64,000 nucleotides of DNA from a virus: the IMG/VR virus record IMGVR_UViG_3300010276_000001; one strand, written 5' to 3'. Position numbers and translations under genes: made by a program. The notes beneath the pieces were generated by a model. The model saw only the letters and a program-made list of their open reading frames with translations, made no database searches and was not told the DNA's origin. This document shows, piece after piece, positions 8,480 to 16,826 of the stretch. How positions within the stretch are numbered: the first letter of the stretch is position 1; every line of letters begins with the position of its first letter.

Positions 8480-8497
8480 ATTCAGTTTTCAAGGTTC
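8480..8497 (-). promoter_or_regulatory. boxA-like antitermination element
   Basis: GAACCTTGAAAACTGAAT resembles Firmicute rRNA-operon boxA-region sequences; about 25 nt after the promoter. Confidence 0.45.
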
Positions 8498-8525
8498 ATT
8501 CTTATCTTGCCCTTTTCTTACTTAT

Positions 8526-8554
8526 ATTATACATCCAATGTATGTACATTTCAA
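8526..8554 (-). promoter_or_regulatory. strong sigma-A promoter of the ribozyme-containing operon
   Basis: Minus strand TTGAAA, 17 bp, TATAAT. Confidence 0.8.
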
Positions 8555-8657
8555 GTCTTTTTTATTTGAATTTTGCACAAAAAATAGCACCGATTTTGTT
8601 CAATATATACAAATATTCGGTACTATTTTATATTGTTACGGTATTATATTTTATTAT

Positions 8658-8840
8658 CTATTTTTCTTCTTGTGTTTGCCCTTGTTCCTGCTCTATCTCA
8701 TGCCTTCTCCTTCTGTACTCTGCTAGTATCAGCTTGTTTATTACTGCCGTGCTGGTTAGTCCGTCAAGCTCTGCCAGCTGTGCCAGCTTTTTTTTAGTTT
8801 CTTCTGGTATTCTGTAGCTAGTATGCTTTATCTGTGCCAT
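8658..8840 (-). CDS. ribbon-helix-helix (CopG/Arc-like) regulator
   Basis: TSYRIPEETKKKLAQLAELDGLTSTAVINKLI strand-helix-helix pattern; GGAGGCG RBS. Confidence 0.7.
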   Translation of the reverse strand: MAQIKHTSYRIPEETKKKLAQLAELDGLTSTAVINKLILAEYRRRRHEIEQEQGQTQEEK

Positions 8841-8878
8841 GTTATCGCCTCCGTTACTTTATATTTTATTGTACATAC

Positions 8879-8907
8879 ATTGTATATCTATTTCATTATA
8901 TTTGCAA
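8879..8907 (-). promoter_or_regulatory. sigma-A promoter of the RHH gene
   Basis: Minus strand TTGCAA, 17 bp, TACAAT; overlaps a 13-bp repeat shared with the 8526 promoter. Confidence 0.65.
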
Positions 8908-9488
8908 CCCTTTACTTTTATTTTTTATTTGTAGCTTATTTATTCACTTTTTAGATATATACTTATATTTATATACTTGTTATTTATCATTGTATTGTTA
9001 ACCTATCTTATTTTTTAGTTAACAATTGTTAATTATATCGTCATCATCATCCAATATTATGCTTACGACTTCGGGTCTAACTTAATTATATCGCTCATAC
9101 TTAATATATAGTTTACGATAATATTATACTTATAATTATATATTATGCTTAATATATTGATATTACTATGTTTTGCATTGGTTCACTTTTTACTATATAT
9201 GCCTTATTCGATTGTTAACAATATATGTGATTTGGTTTACAATCAGATTGACAGCGCCAGAATAAACCCTTGCCATGTATATGATTAGTGGACACGTGTA
9301 TTTCTATTACGGACACATCCAGCATTGTCACATTTTGACCCTTTGCAGCATTGTTTTATGCTTCAATACCGATTATATACATAATCGGTACTATATTTGT
9401 GTGTTCCTTTCCCTTTCAACGCCTTATTTATAGCCAAACACAATATATTGTATGTCATGCTATACCGATACCGCCTTTTTAATCATAT

Positions 9489-9560
9489 TTTGCCGCCGCC
9501 GACCCCTGGGGGGGATGCCGCCCTGCCGCCGGAAGAGTTCCCCCTCACAAAAATATTCCG
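9489..9560. other. GC-rich island in a long AT-rich divergent intergenic region; candidate packaging-initiation (cos/pac) region
   Basis: TGCCGCCGCCGACCCCTGGGGGGGATGCCGCCCTGCCGCCGGAAGAGTTCCCCC upstream of the packaging operon. Confidence 0.35.
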
Positions 9561-10020
9561 TCCTATAAGCGCCACAAAATGCCCCTTCAAAAGTGAAAAA
9601 TCACTTCAAAACTCACCGAAATAAATTGAAATGTTGTCAAAGTATAGTAATGAGTAGCGATAGACAACATAAATAATCAATCTTTGATAATACAAAATAG
9701 GCTTAAATATACTTACGCAAATTTCCCACTTTTTTCTCGCAAAACCCACGCACTTTTTACGCTATTTTGACGCTATTTTTAAGTTGTTTATCAATATGAA
9801 CTATGTTATAATTTAAAATGAGAAAAATGTATAGAGATTGATGAGCACCGGTTGAAGACAACTAGGTGCTTTTTGTTTTGATAAAAACGTATATATATAA
9901 ACGAATTACATCACGAAAATCCGAAACACGTTGATACTGTAAGGTTTGAGTATATTTTTGTTACTCCACGTTTGTGGAGTAAACTTTGATACGAAGTAGC
10001 CCATAGAAAAGGGTGATAGA

Positions 10021-10578
10021 ATGGATAAACAACTGTTAAAATTTATCAACAAAGAAGTAAATGCCGCAGAAGCTGACACATTGATTACAAGGGAAACTAC
10101 AAGCAATGGTATGGAATATATAACAATATCGTTAAAAATTAATAATGAATACAAACAATTATATTCTTTTTGGCACAATCCAAAGAAAAAAAATAGGGAA
10201 CCACCTGTTGTTAATGATAATAATACAGTAGAAGAAAAGAAACCCAAAACCACAGGAGGTAAAAAACCTTATTTAATGCTAATGATAAAAGAGATAAAAG
10301 CATTACATGATAAAGGTGTAAAAAATGTGGCTGAATTAATCGGTACAGTAGCTTGTTTAGGAGAAAATATCGAATGGAATACTGGAAGATTAATCAAGAA
10401 AAGAACCAAGCAAGCTTTAAAATATAAAGACCTTCAAGAAATATTAGGCTATAGCAATGGGAAACTTTCTAAAATTTTAAATGAACTTAAAGAGCATGAC
10501 CTTCTTTTTAAAACAGAAGAAGGTTATTTTATTTCATCCAAATACATCAAAAAAGGAAAAATGGAACGAAAGGGGTAA
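10021..10578 (+). CDS. winged-HTH protein, RepL-like C-terminus
   Basis: LKYKDLQEILGYSNGKLSKILNELKEHDLL...YFISSKYIKKG. Confidence 0.6.
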   Translation: MDKQLLKFINKEVNAAEADTLITRETTSNGMEYITISLKINNEYKQLYSFWHNPKKKNREPPVVNDNNTVEEKKPKTTGGKKPYLMLMIKEIKALHDKGVKNVAELIGTVACLGENIEWNTGRLIKKRTKQALKYKDLQEILGYSNGKLSKILNELKEHDLLFKTEEGYFISSKYIKKGKMERKG

Positions 10579-10584
10579 TAGATT

Positions 10585-11229
10585 ATGCCTTATAGAGTAA
10601 CGACGTATGAAGATGCTTTTGTAGGTGTTTTAGGGATAAAGATTGATGATAGGATTAAAAAATTGATAAAAGAACTTGAAGTAGAAGGGCATACCGAGAA
10701 AAGCATAGCATTTTCGATATGGAAGTCACAAGAAAAATTGCTTACGTTTAAAGGCGATTCAAGGTTCTTGTCCGTTCTAAGAAATGAAGTTAATAAATGG
10801 TCATGGAAGAAAGACGACCCACGCTGGCAGGAATACTGGCGTCGTAAAAAAGAAGAAGAAAAAGCAAAAAAGATACGTCAACAATTAGAATATATTCGTG
10901 AAGATGAGAGAGAGTTTAAGTCAATCGAAGAAAGAGCAAATGGCAAGAAAAGAATCAAAAAGGCGACAGGTTATGTATATTTCATTCAAGGCTTATGTGG
11001 TGGTGCAATAAAGATAGGCTTTTCAAAAAATCCTGAAGTAAGATTAAAGGAATTGCAGACAGGATATCCTGATACATTAACAATCTTATTAATGATACCA
11101 GGGACTGAAGCCACAGAACGTGCAATACATAGAAAATTTGAAGCATCAAGACTTAAAGGCGAATGGTTTAGACCTGATGATTACTTGATTGAAGAAATGA
11201 AAAAACTCAAAAAAATGTATAGTCAATAA
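10585..11229 (+). CDS. GIY-YIG nuclease, T5orf172/Mug113 type
   Basis: GYVYFIQ...IKIGFSKNPEVRLKELQTG...ERAIHRKF...GEWF. Confidence 0.85.
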   Translation: MPYRVTTYEDAFVGVLGIKIDDRIKKLIKELEVEGHTEKSIAFSIWKSQEKLLTFKGDSRFLSVLRNEVNKWSWKKDDPRWQEYWRRKKEEEKAKKIRQQLEYIREDEREFKSIEERANGKKRIKKATGYVYFIQGLCGGAIKIGFSKNPEVRLKELQTGYPDTLTILLMIPGTEATERAIHRKFEASRLKGEWFRPDDYLIEEMKKLKKMYSQ

Positions 11230-11242
11230 ATTAGATAAATTA

Positions 11243-11779
11243 ATGCCAAAAGGCGGTGACTTTAAAAACATGTTGCCGGTGAAAAAAGTATTTGACATTA
11301 ACGATTATAAAGACAACGACAAAGCCTTTGCAGCATTGCAAGGATGTTTTAAATTCTTATATCCTGTGTTGCGAAAAGAGGACTACGGCATAGACGTAGA
11401 TGTATTCAACGGAGAACAGGCATACATGAAGAATGCGTCTCCGGTATGCAAGATAGAACTTGAAATCAAGCATAACTGGCAAGGCAGAGAATTTAATTTT
11501 CCTGATGTTCAATTTTTAGCAAAGAAAATGAAACATCTTAAGCAAGATGTTGTTCCATTTTTCGTATTGTTTAATGATGATTGCAGCAATGCAGGGATAA
11601 TATCATTCAGCAAAATCGCATCATGCGAAATGGATATAGTTAAATGCAAAGGAATCGGTGATGATTTGTTTTACCGGATACCGAGGAAACAATTCATTTG
11701 GGGAATTGAAAATATCGAACGGTACTTGATACACATGGCTTTCCAAGCTATGAATAATCAGTACCGTTTTGTTATGTAA
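11243..11779 (+). CDS. putative PD-(D/E)xK nuclease-like protein
   Basis: YGIDVDV...IELEIK motif spacing. Confidence 0.5.
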   Translation: MPKGGDFKNMLPVKKVFDINDYKDNDKAFAALQGCFKFLYPVLRKEDYGIDVDVFNGEQAYMKNASPVCKIELEIKHNWQGREFNFPDVQFLAKKMKHLKQDVVPFFVLFNDDCSNAGIISFSKIASCEMDIVKCKGIGDDLFYRIPRKQFIWGIENIERYLIHMAFQAMNNQYRFVM

Positions 11780-11793
11780 AAGGTGTTGATGAC

Positions 11794-11943
11794 ATGAAGT
11801 ATATAATTAAATTCGTTACTACACCAAAATGTAAAGACTGCCAACCAACTGAAAATATGTTAACGAGACGTGGTTGCGCAGGTTGTTTAAAATATCATTC
11901 TATAAAAGCCAAGGAGATTTATAAAAAGAACAATAAAAGCTGA
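11794..11943 (+). CDS. 49-aa protein with two CxxC motifs (not in ORF track)
   Basis: MKYIIKFVTTPKCKDCQPTENMLTRRGCAGCLKYHS...; AAGGTG RBS. Confidence 0.5.
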   Translation: MKYIIKFVTTPKCKDCQPTENMLTRRGCAGCLKYHSIKAKEIYKKNNKS

Positions 11944-11952
11944 TAGTGCTAT

Positions 11953-12435
11953 ATGATTGGAGGCGATTTTATGGCACTACCAAAAAATTATTATAACTAT
12001 TTTGATATTTGCAAAATGGAAGGAATACCGACCGGAACAGCAAAAGGTGCTTTAGACCGTGGGCTTAATGGTATAGCAGCTATGGAAAAATTAAAACCTA
12101 TCGGTCACTTGTTTAGAGAGTTTCCAAAAGGAATGCGAAAACAATACGGTATTCTTAAAAGGCACTATGATTATTGGAAGCAAACAGGAGAAGCGCCAAA
12201 AGTAAGTCCAGGCAGACCAAGAAAATGGGACAGTAAAACCGTAAATATCCGGATTTATGCTCCCCCATTTTATGACCGGTTTAAGGCAGGTGTGATGAGA
12301 GCCAATAAAAACTCTGTTCAACAGGTTACAATACAGCAATGTATCCACCTTGCAATGAAAGAATATATGGATAGACATATAGACATTTTCTATCCAGAAC
12401 TAACTTCAGGAGTTGATAATGATGTCGAAGAATAA
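11953..12435 (+). CDS. hypothetical, possible DNA-binding protein
   Basis: ORF; GGAGGCG RBS favours start MALPKNY. Confidence 0.65.
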   Translation: MIGGDFMALPKNYYNYFDICKMEGIPTGTAKGALDRGLNGIAAMEKLKPIGHLFREFPKGMRKQYGILKRHYDYWKQTGEAPKVSPGRPRKWDSKTVNIRIYAPPFYDRFKAGVMRANKNSVQQVTIQQCIHLAMKEYMDRHIDIFYPELTSGVDNDVEE

Positions 12436-12922
12436 TAAGCAAAATCAAAAGCCTATAGTTGACATATTAGATAATCCTTTAGTTACAGAACAATCAAAGA
12501 CTTTGATTATCACTCCGGAAGAAGAAAACGAACAAAAAGCTGAATTAATAGAACAAACCGAAAGCCTTGCTGTATTGAACAAACAAATTTTAGAGGCAAA
12601 ACGCAGGCAAGTTGAACTTATAGTTGATAATAAGAAGCTTGATGCAGCAAATAAACTAATTGATGGTATAAATATTGTTGCTGATAAAGCACTTAATGAA
12701 GAAACTATCAAAAAAATTATAAATAAAGAAGATTTAACGCCAATGGACTTAAAATTTATGGCAGAAGCTATGGATAAAATGGCGAATACGCTTAAATCAC
12801 TCATGAATCCTTCTGTGCAAGATGAATTTGGAAGGAGAAAGCGCACAAAGATACTTGCCCAATTCCAGACTCCTTCAGGCGAAAAGGCTACAATGGCTGT
12901 GGAAGTCCAGGGAAACGATTGA
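12413..12922 (+). CDS. coiled-coil protein, candidate terminase small subunit
   Basis: Helical protein upstream of terL; no other terS candidate seen. Confidence 0.4.
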   Translation: MIMMSKNNKQNQKPIVDILDNPLVTEQSKTLIITPEEENEQKAELIEQTESLAVLNKQILEAKRRQVELIVDNKKLDAANKLIDGINIVADKALNEETIKKIINKEDLTPMDLKFMAEAMDKMANTLKSLMNPSVQDEFGRRKRTKILAQFQTPSGEKATMAVEVQGND

Positions 12923-12932
12923 GGTGTGACAA

Positions 12933-13418
12933 ATGATACTTGCTATAGATCCGGGATGTACTGAAAGTGCATATGTAATACTCGATAGAAACTTGAAGCC
13001 TGTTGAGTTCGATAAGATAGAAAACACATGGTTGCTTCCAAAGCTGCTAGATGATGAATTTACAAGGAAATTTCAACACTTTGCTATTGAAATGGTTGCT
13101 TCCTACGGAATGCCTGTAGGTAAAGAAGTATTTGAAACGTGTGTATGGATAGGGAAATTCGACCAGGCGCTATTCGGGAAAAACATATGGAGACGTTTCA
13201 TCTACCGTAAAACCGATGTATGTATGAATCTTTGTCATACGACGAAAGCCAAAGATGCGAATATTCGGCAGGCATTAATAGACAGATTTGCAAGACACGA
13301 CTTCAAAAGTGGGAAAGGTACAAAAAAGAATCCGGATTGGTTCTACGGTTTTAAAGAGGACATTTGGAGCGCTTACGCTATAGGCGTCACTTATGCGGAT
13401 TTGTATTTATCGAAATAA
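12933..13418 (+). CDS. RuvC-like Holliday junction resolvase
   Basis: MILAIDPG, FAIEMV, KAKDANIRQALIDRF, DIWSAYAIG. Confidence 0.8.
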   Translation: MILAIDPGCTESAYVILDRNLKPVEFDKIENTWLLPKLLDDEFTRKFQHFAIEMVASYGMPVGKEVFETCVWIGKFDQALFGKNIWRRFIYRKTDVCMNLCHTTKAKDANIRQALIDRFARHDFKSGKGTKKNPDWFYGFKEDIWSAYAIGVTYADLYLSK

Positions 13419-13521
13419 TGTCGGAGCATGGGAGCCGTTAACCGGGCAGGTGAATCGTTATCAGCGGCATCAGTATCCTGCCTGCTCCGCTTTATAAATA
13501 AATAATTTTGGAGGCGAGTTT

Positions 13522-13770
13522 ATGAACAATCTCAGAAAAGTTAAAGTGCTTAAAGGTGATGCATTTGAAGAAATACCGTTTGAGAAGTTGAAACCAGGCG
13601 ACATATTTCAAATGACCGAATCAACAGGCGAACCTGTGCTTAATGAAGCAGGGACAGTATTCAATAAAGCAATTTCAGAACCGGTTTTCAAAGATGGTGT
13701 ATGGATGATAGAGTCCGTATCACTAAAACTGGTTGCAAGAAAAGCAGATAATTTGGAGGCGATTTTATGA
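13522..13770 (+). CDS. hypothetical phage protein
   Basis: ORF with GGAGGCG RBS. Confidence 0.7.
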   Translation: MNNLRKVKVLKGDAFEEIPFEKLKPGDIFQMTESTGEPVLNEAGTVFNKAISEPVFKDGVWMIESVSLKLVARKADNLEAIL

Positions 13771-14267
13771 GAGAAGTATTTAATAATCTATTCTGTGGAG
13801 ACGAACATGATTGTAAAAATGTGTGCTTGCAAAATGGGAACCATCCTGAACATTTAGCGATATTACACGCTTGCAAAGAACCATTCCACAGACAATTTGT
13901 TGGATATACTGGTCGTGGATGTCCAAAGGATTCACCTGAATACTTGTGGGCTGAACGTGGCAATAGACTTGCATTAAACATGGTTGACGCACCAAAACCT
14001 GAATTTTTTGCAAAAGAAATGATTGATAAAGCATTGGATTTTATTGAACGGAAATTAAACGAAGGTTTAAAAGTTTTGGTACATTGCAATCAAGGCGAAA
14101 GTCGTTCCCCTTCCCTATGCCTACTCTACTTAATTAAAAAAGGAATTATTAAAGGTGAAACTTTAGAGGATTGCGAAGCTGAATTTTTAAAGATTTATCC
14201 CGAATATAATCCTGGAACAGGCATGATGGGATTTGTTAAGGAACATTGGAGGGAGTATCGTGGATAA
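13767..14267 (+). CDS. dual-specificity/tyrosine phosphatase-like protein
   Basis: VLVHCNQGESRS = CX5R P-loop; upstream NMVD acid loop. Confidence 0.85.
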   Translation: MREVFNNLFCGDEHDCKNVCLQNGNHPEHLAILHACKEPFHRQFVGYTGRGCPKDSPEYLWAERGNRLALNMVDAPKPEFFAKEMIDKALDFIERKLNEGLKVLVHCNQGESRSPSLCLLYLIKKGIIKGETLEDCEAEFLKIYPEYNPGTGMMGFVKEHWREYRG

Positions 14268-14457
14268 TTTTGATTTATGGATGCATACTTATATGCCAAC
14301 TATTGAGGTTAGCAGTATAAACGGTGAAGATTTATTTTCATATAAATCCATTTGTTGGCAAACGCTGTAGCCGGATATATATAAGCGTTGATAATATTCA
14401 AGAAATGTAAGCACTCTTAATAGGGTGCTTTTTTCATACGAAATTGGTGGTGGTAAT

Positions 14458-16035
14458 ATGCCTCGTAAAGACGGCTCAATAGGGCGTATTGCCCGACAGA
14501 ACGAAAGATACATACAGCATTCTTCGTCGGAAAGAATTGGAATATGTGAAGAATGTGGAAAACCTTTTGAAAGAGTTTGGGTGCCTTCTCAAAATAGATA
14601 CAATAACCAAAAAACATGTGGTGCTTGCCGCATGGCAAAAGCACATGGTTACAGAAAAGTCACTATTCCATATACGCCGCATCCTGCACAACAAAAAATA
14701 CACGACAGTAAAGCAAGATTTAAACTTATTTCAGCAGGCAATCGTTTTGGAAAGGATTTATGTGCAATTGGTGAAGGTGTAATGAAGTTTATTGAAATGC
14801 TTAACGAGGAACGTTCAATTGACGTTAATCCCCCTGTTCTATGGTGGATTGTAGCACCTTCAATGCGGTATGCAAGACAAAACTGGCGTGATTTAAAAAA
14901 ACTATTACCGGCAGATTTGGTTACAAACATATCATTAGCAGATTTGACGATTGAAACGGTTAACGGTGGAATAATTGAAGTACATTCTGCAGATGACCCT
15001 GAAAGTTTGGTCGGTGTTGGTCTTGATATTGTAACGGTTACAGAGGCAGCTAGAATTAAGGAACTTGATATTGTTTGGGCGAATCTTAGACAAAGACTTG
15101 ATTCCCCTGGACGTGGTCCTAATGGTACTGGTGGCATTGCAATAATGAACGGTTCACCAAAAGGAATAACTCATTTTAGCAAACTTCTTAAAATGGGCGA
15201 AAAAGGTAGCTCGACATATTCTCCTGAATATGAAACATTTAGATTTACGACATGGGATAATCCTTATATGGCTGTCAAACGTTATAAAGTAATCGGTAAG
15301 GATTGGCTTGGTAATGATATTACTTTTGAAGATTCAATTAGAATGTCCATGACTGATGAACGATACCGACAAGACTATCTTGCTGAAGAAATTGCTTCTG
15401 TAAATGCGGTATTTCCAAACTATCAAAAGGTTTTAGTAAGCCCACCAACTAGGAATAAAGAAGAAGTCGATAAGTTTTGGGAAGAATGGGAAAAAGTCGA
15501 GCCGTTTGAAATTTACACAATTGGTTATGACCCTGCTTCAAAAGGTGATGGTAAACCATGCGTTATTAGAAATTCAAAAGGAAAAGTTGTAAAAATAGAT
15601 TTAATGACAAGATTAGGTTGGGATGCTCAATGGGATAAGTTGGCTATGTATTCAAGGCTATATAATGGTGCAACGGTTAATTTTGGTCAAACAGGATTAG
15701 GTGAAACAATAGGCTCACAACTTACCAAGAGAGGAATCCCAAATGTTCCAATAAACGAGCAAGGAAGTAATAAAGCAAAGCTTGTTGAAGATTTTGCAGT
15801 TATAGTTGAACAAGGTTGGTGCCAAATACCATATAGTCGAGAAGTTGAAAACCAACTTAAAGATTATATCTCAATTAACAGAGAAGGACGTTCAACACAG
15901 TATCGTAACGCAACTGATAGTGGACATGATGATATTGTATCTGCTTTATATTTTTGTTTTGCAGACTTTCAAGCACCAGCTTTAGTATTGCCGGGTATGT
16001 TTCGCATGACTGGCGTAGTAAGGAAAATTTCATAG
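14458..16035 (+). CDS. terminase large subunit with N-terminal Zn ribbon
   Basis: Walker A-like AGNRFGKD, Walker B VTVTEAA, GYDPA nuclease motif, HDDIVSA; CEECG...CGAC N-terminus. Confidence 0.92.
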   Translation: MPRKDGSIGRIARQNERYIQHSSSERIGICEECGKPFERVWVPSQNRYNNQKTCGACRMAKAHGYRKVTIPYTPHPAQQKIHDSKARFKLISAGNRFGKDLCAIGEGVMKFIEMLNEERSIDVNPPVLWWIVAPSMRYARQNWRDLKKLLPADLVTNISLADLTIETVNGGIIEVHSADDPESLVGVGLDIVTVTEAARIKELDIVWANLRQRLDSPGRGPNGTGGIAIMNGSPKGITHFSKLLKMGEKGSSTYSPEYETFRFTTWDNPYMAVKRYKVIGKDWLGNDITFEDSIRMSMTDERYRQDYLAEEIASVNAVFPNYQKVLVSPPTRNKEEVDKFWEEWEKVEPFEIYTIGYDPASKGDGKPCVIRNSKGKVVKIDLMTRLGWDAQWDKLAMYSRLYNGATVNFGQTGLGETIGSQLTKRGIPNVPINEQGSNKAKLVEDFAVIVEQGWCQIPYSREVENQLKDYISINREGRSTQYRNATDSGHDDIVSALYFCFADFQAPALVLPGMFRMTGVVRKIS

Positions 16036-16189
16036 ATATATCAAGCAATGCTTTTTAGTATTGCTTTTTATATACCAAAGTGCCTCGTTAATAACGACAG
16101 AAAGTATATGCGGAATCGCCTCCGTTTCGCTCTGTTGTGCGGGGCACTTCTAATTAAATTGGAGGCAAAATAAGAATGGAGGCGATTAT

Positions 16190-16495
16190 ATGAGTGATGA
16201 TGTTAAAAGAATGGATATCAAAGAGTTTAGAGAAATGGGGCTTTTGGCAGAGGTAAACAGAGTTTTCTTTCACCCATTGGGATTAGCTTTAGAGATATGT
16301 GTTGATGATGACGGTACAGAAAATCTCGGTGGGATATGGGATTATAGGGATGATCCAGAAGGTGTGCTTTATGGCAAAGACTACTTCCCTGCTGAAAAAA
16401 TTAAGAAAGCTCAAGAATTTATTAAGCAAAAACATGAGCAAAGGCAAAAAGCATTAGGTTTTATATACCAAGAAGCAAGCGAAGGAGGCGAATAA
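16190..16495 (+). CDS. hypothetical phage protein
   Basis: EVNRVFFHPLGLALE motif; GGAGGCG RBS. Confidence 0.75.
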   Translation: MSDDVKRMDIKEFREMGLLAEVNRVFFHPLGLALEICVDDDGTENLGGIWDYRDDPEGVLYGKDYFPAEKIKKAQEFIKQKHEQRQKALGFIYQEASEGGE

Positions 16496-16498
16496 AAT

Positions 16499-16675
16499 AT
16501 GCTAAATAAAAACGCTAAAAAATTATTAGAACAACATATTGAGTATGCAGAAAATGAATTATCTCATAAATTTGAGCATAAAGAACAACTTGAAAAGCAA
16601 TTAAAGCGCACAACAGAAAGAATTGCAGAATTAGAAGAACGTATTAATGATTATAGAGCTGCATTACAAGAATAA
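16499..16675 (+). CDS. 58-aa coiled-coil protein (not in ORF track)
   Basis: MLNKNAKKLLEQHIEYAENELSHK...; AGGAGGCG RBS. Confidence 0.6.
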   Translation: MLNKNAKKLLEQHIEYAENELSHKFEHKEQLEKQLKRTTERIAELEERINDYRAALQE

Positions 16676-16826
16676 TCAATGATTGATGCATTGGCAACCC
16701 AAAATAAAGAAAAATTTTAGCAAACAATCCGCTTAAGATAGCTTGGTACAGCGAAAGGAGTTCTCCCTCTCCCCTCTTAAGCGGATTTTATTTTGGGAGA
16801 ATTTTAACACTTGGGAGGGTGTTGAG

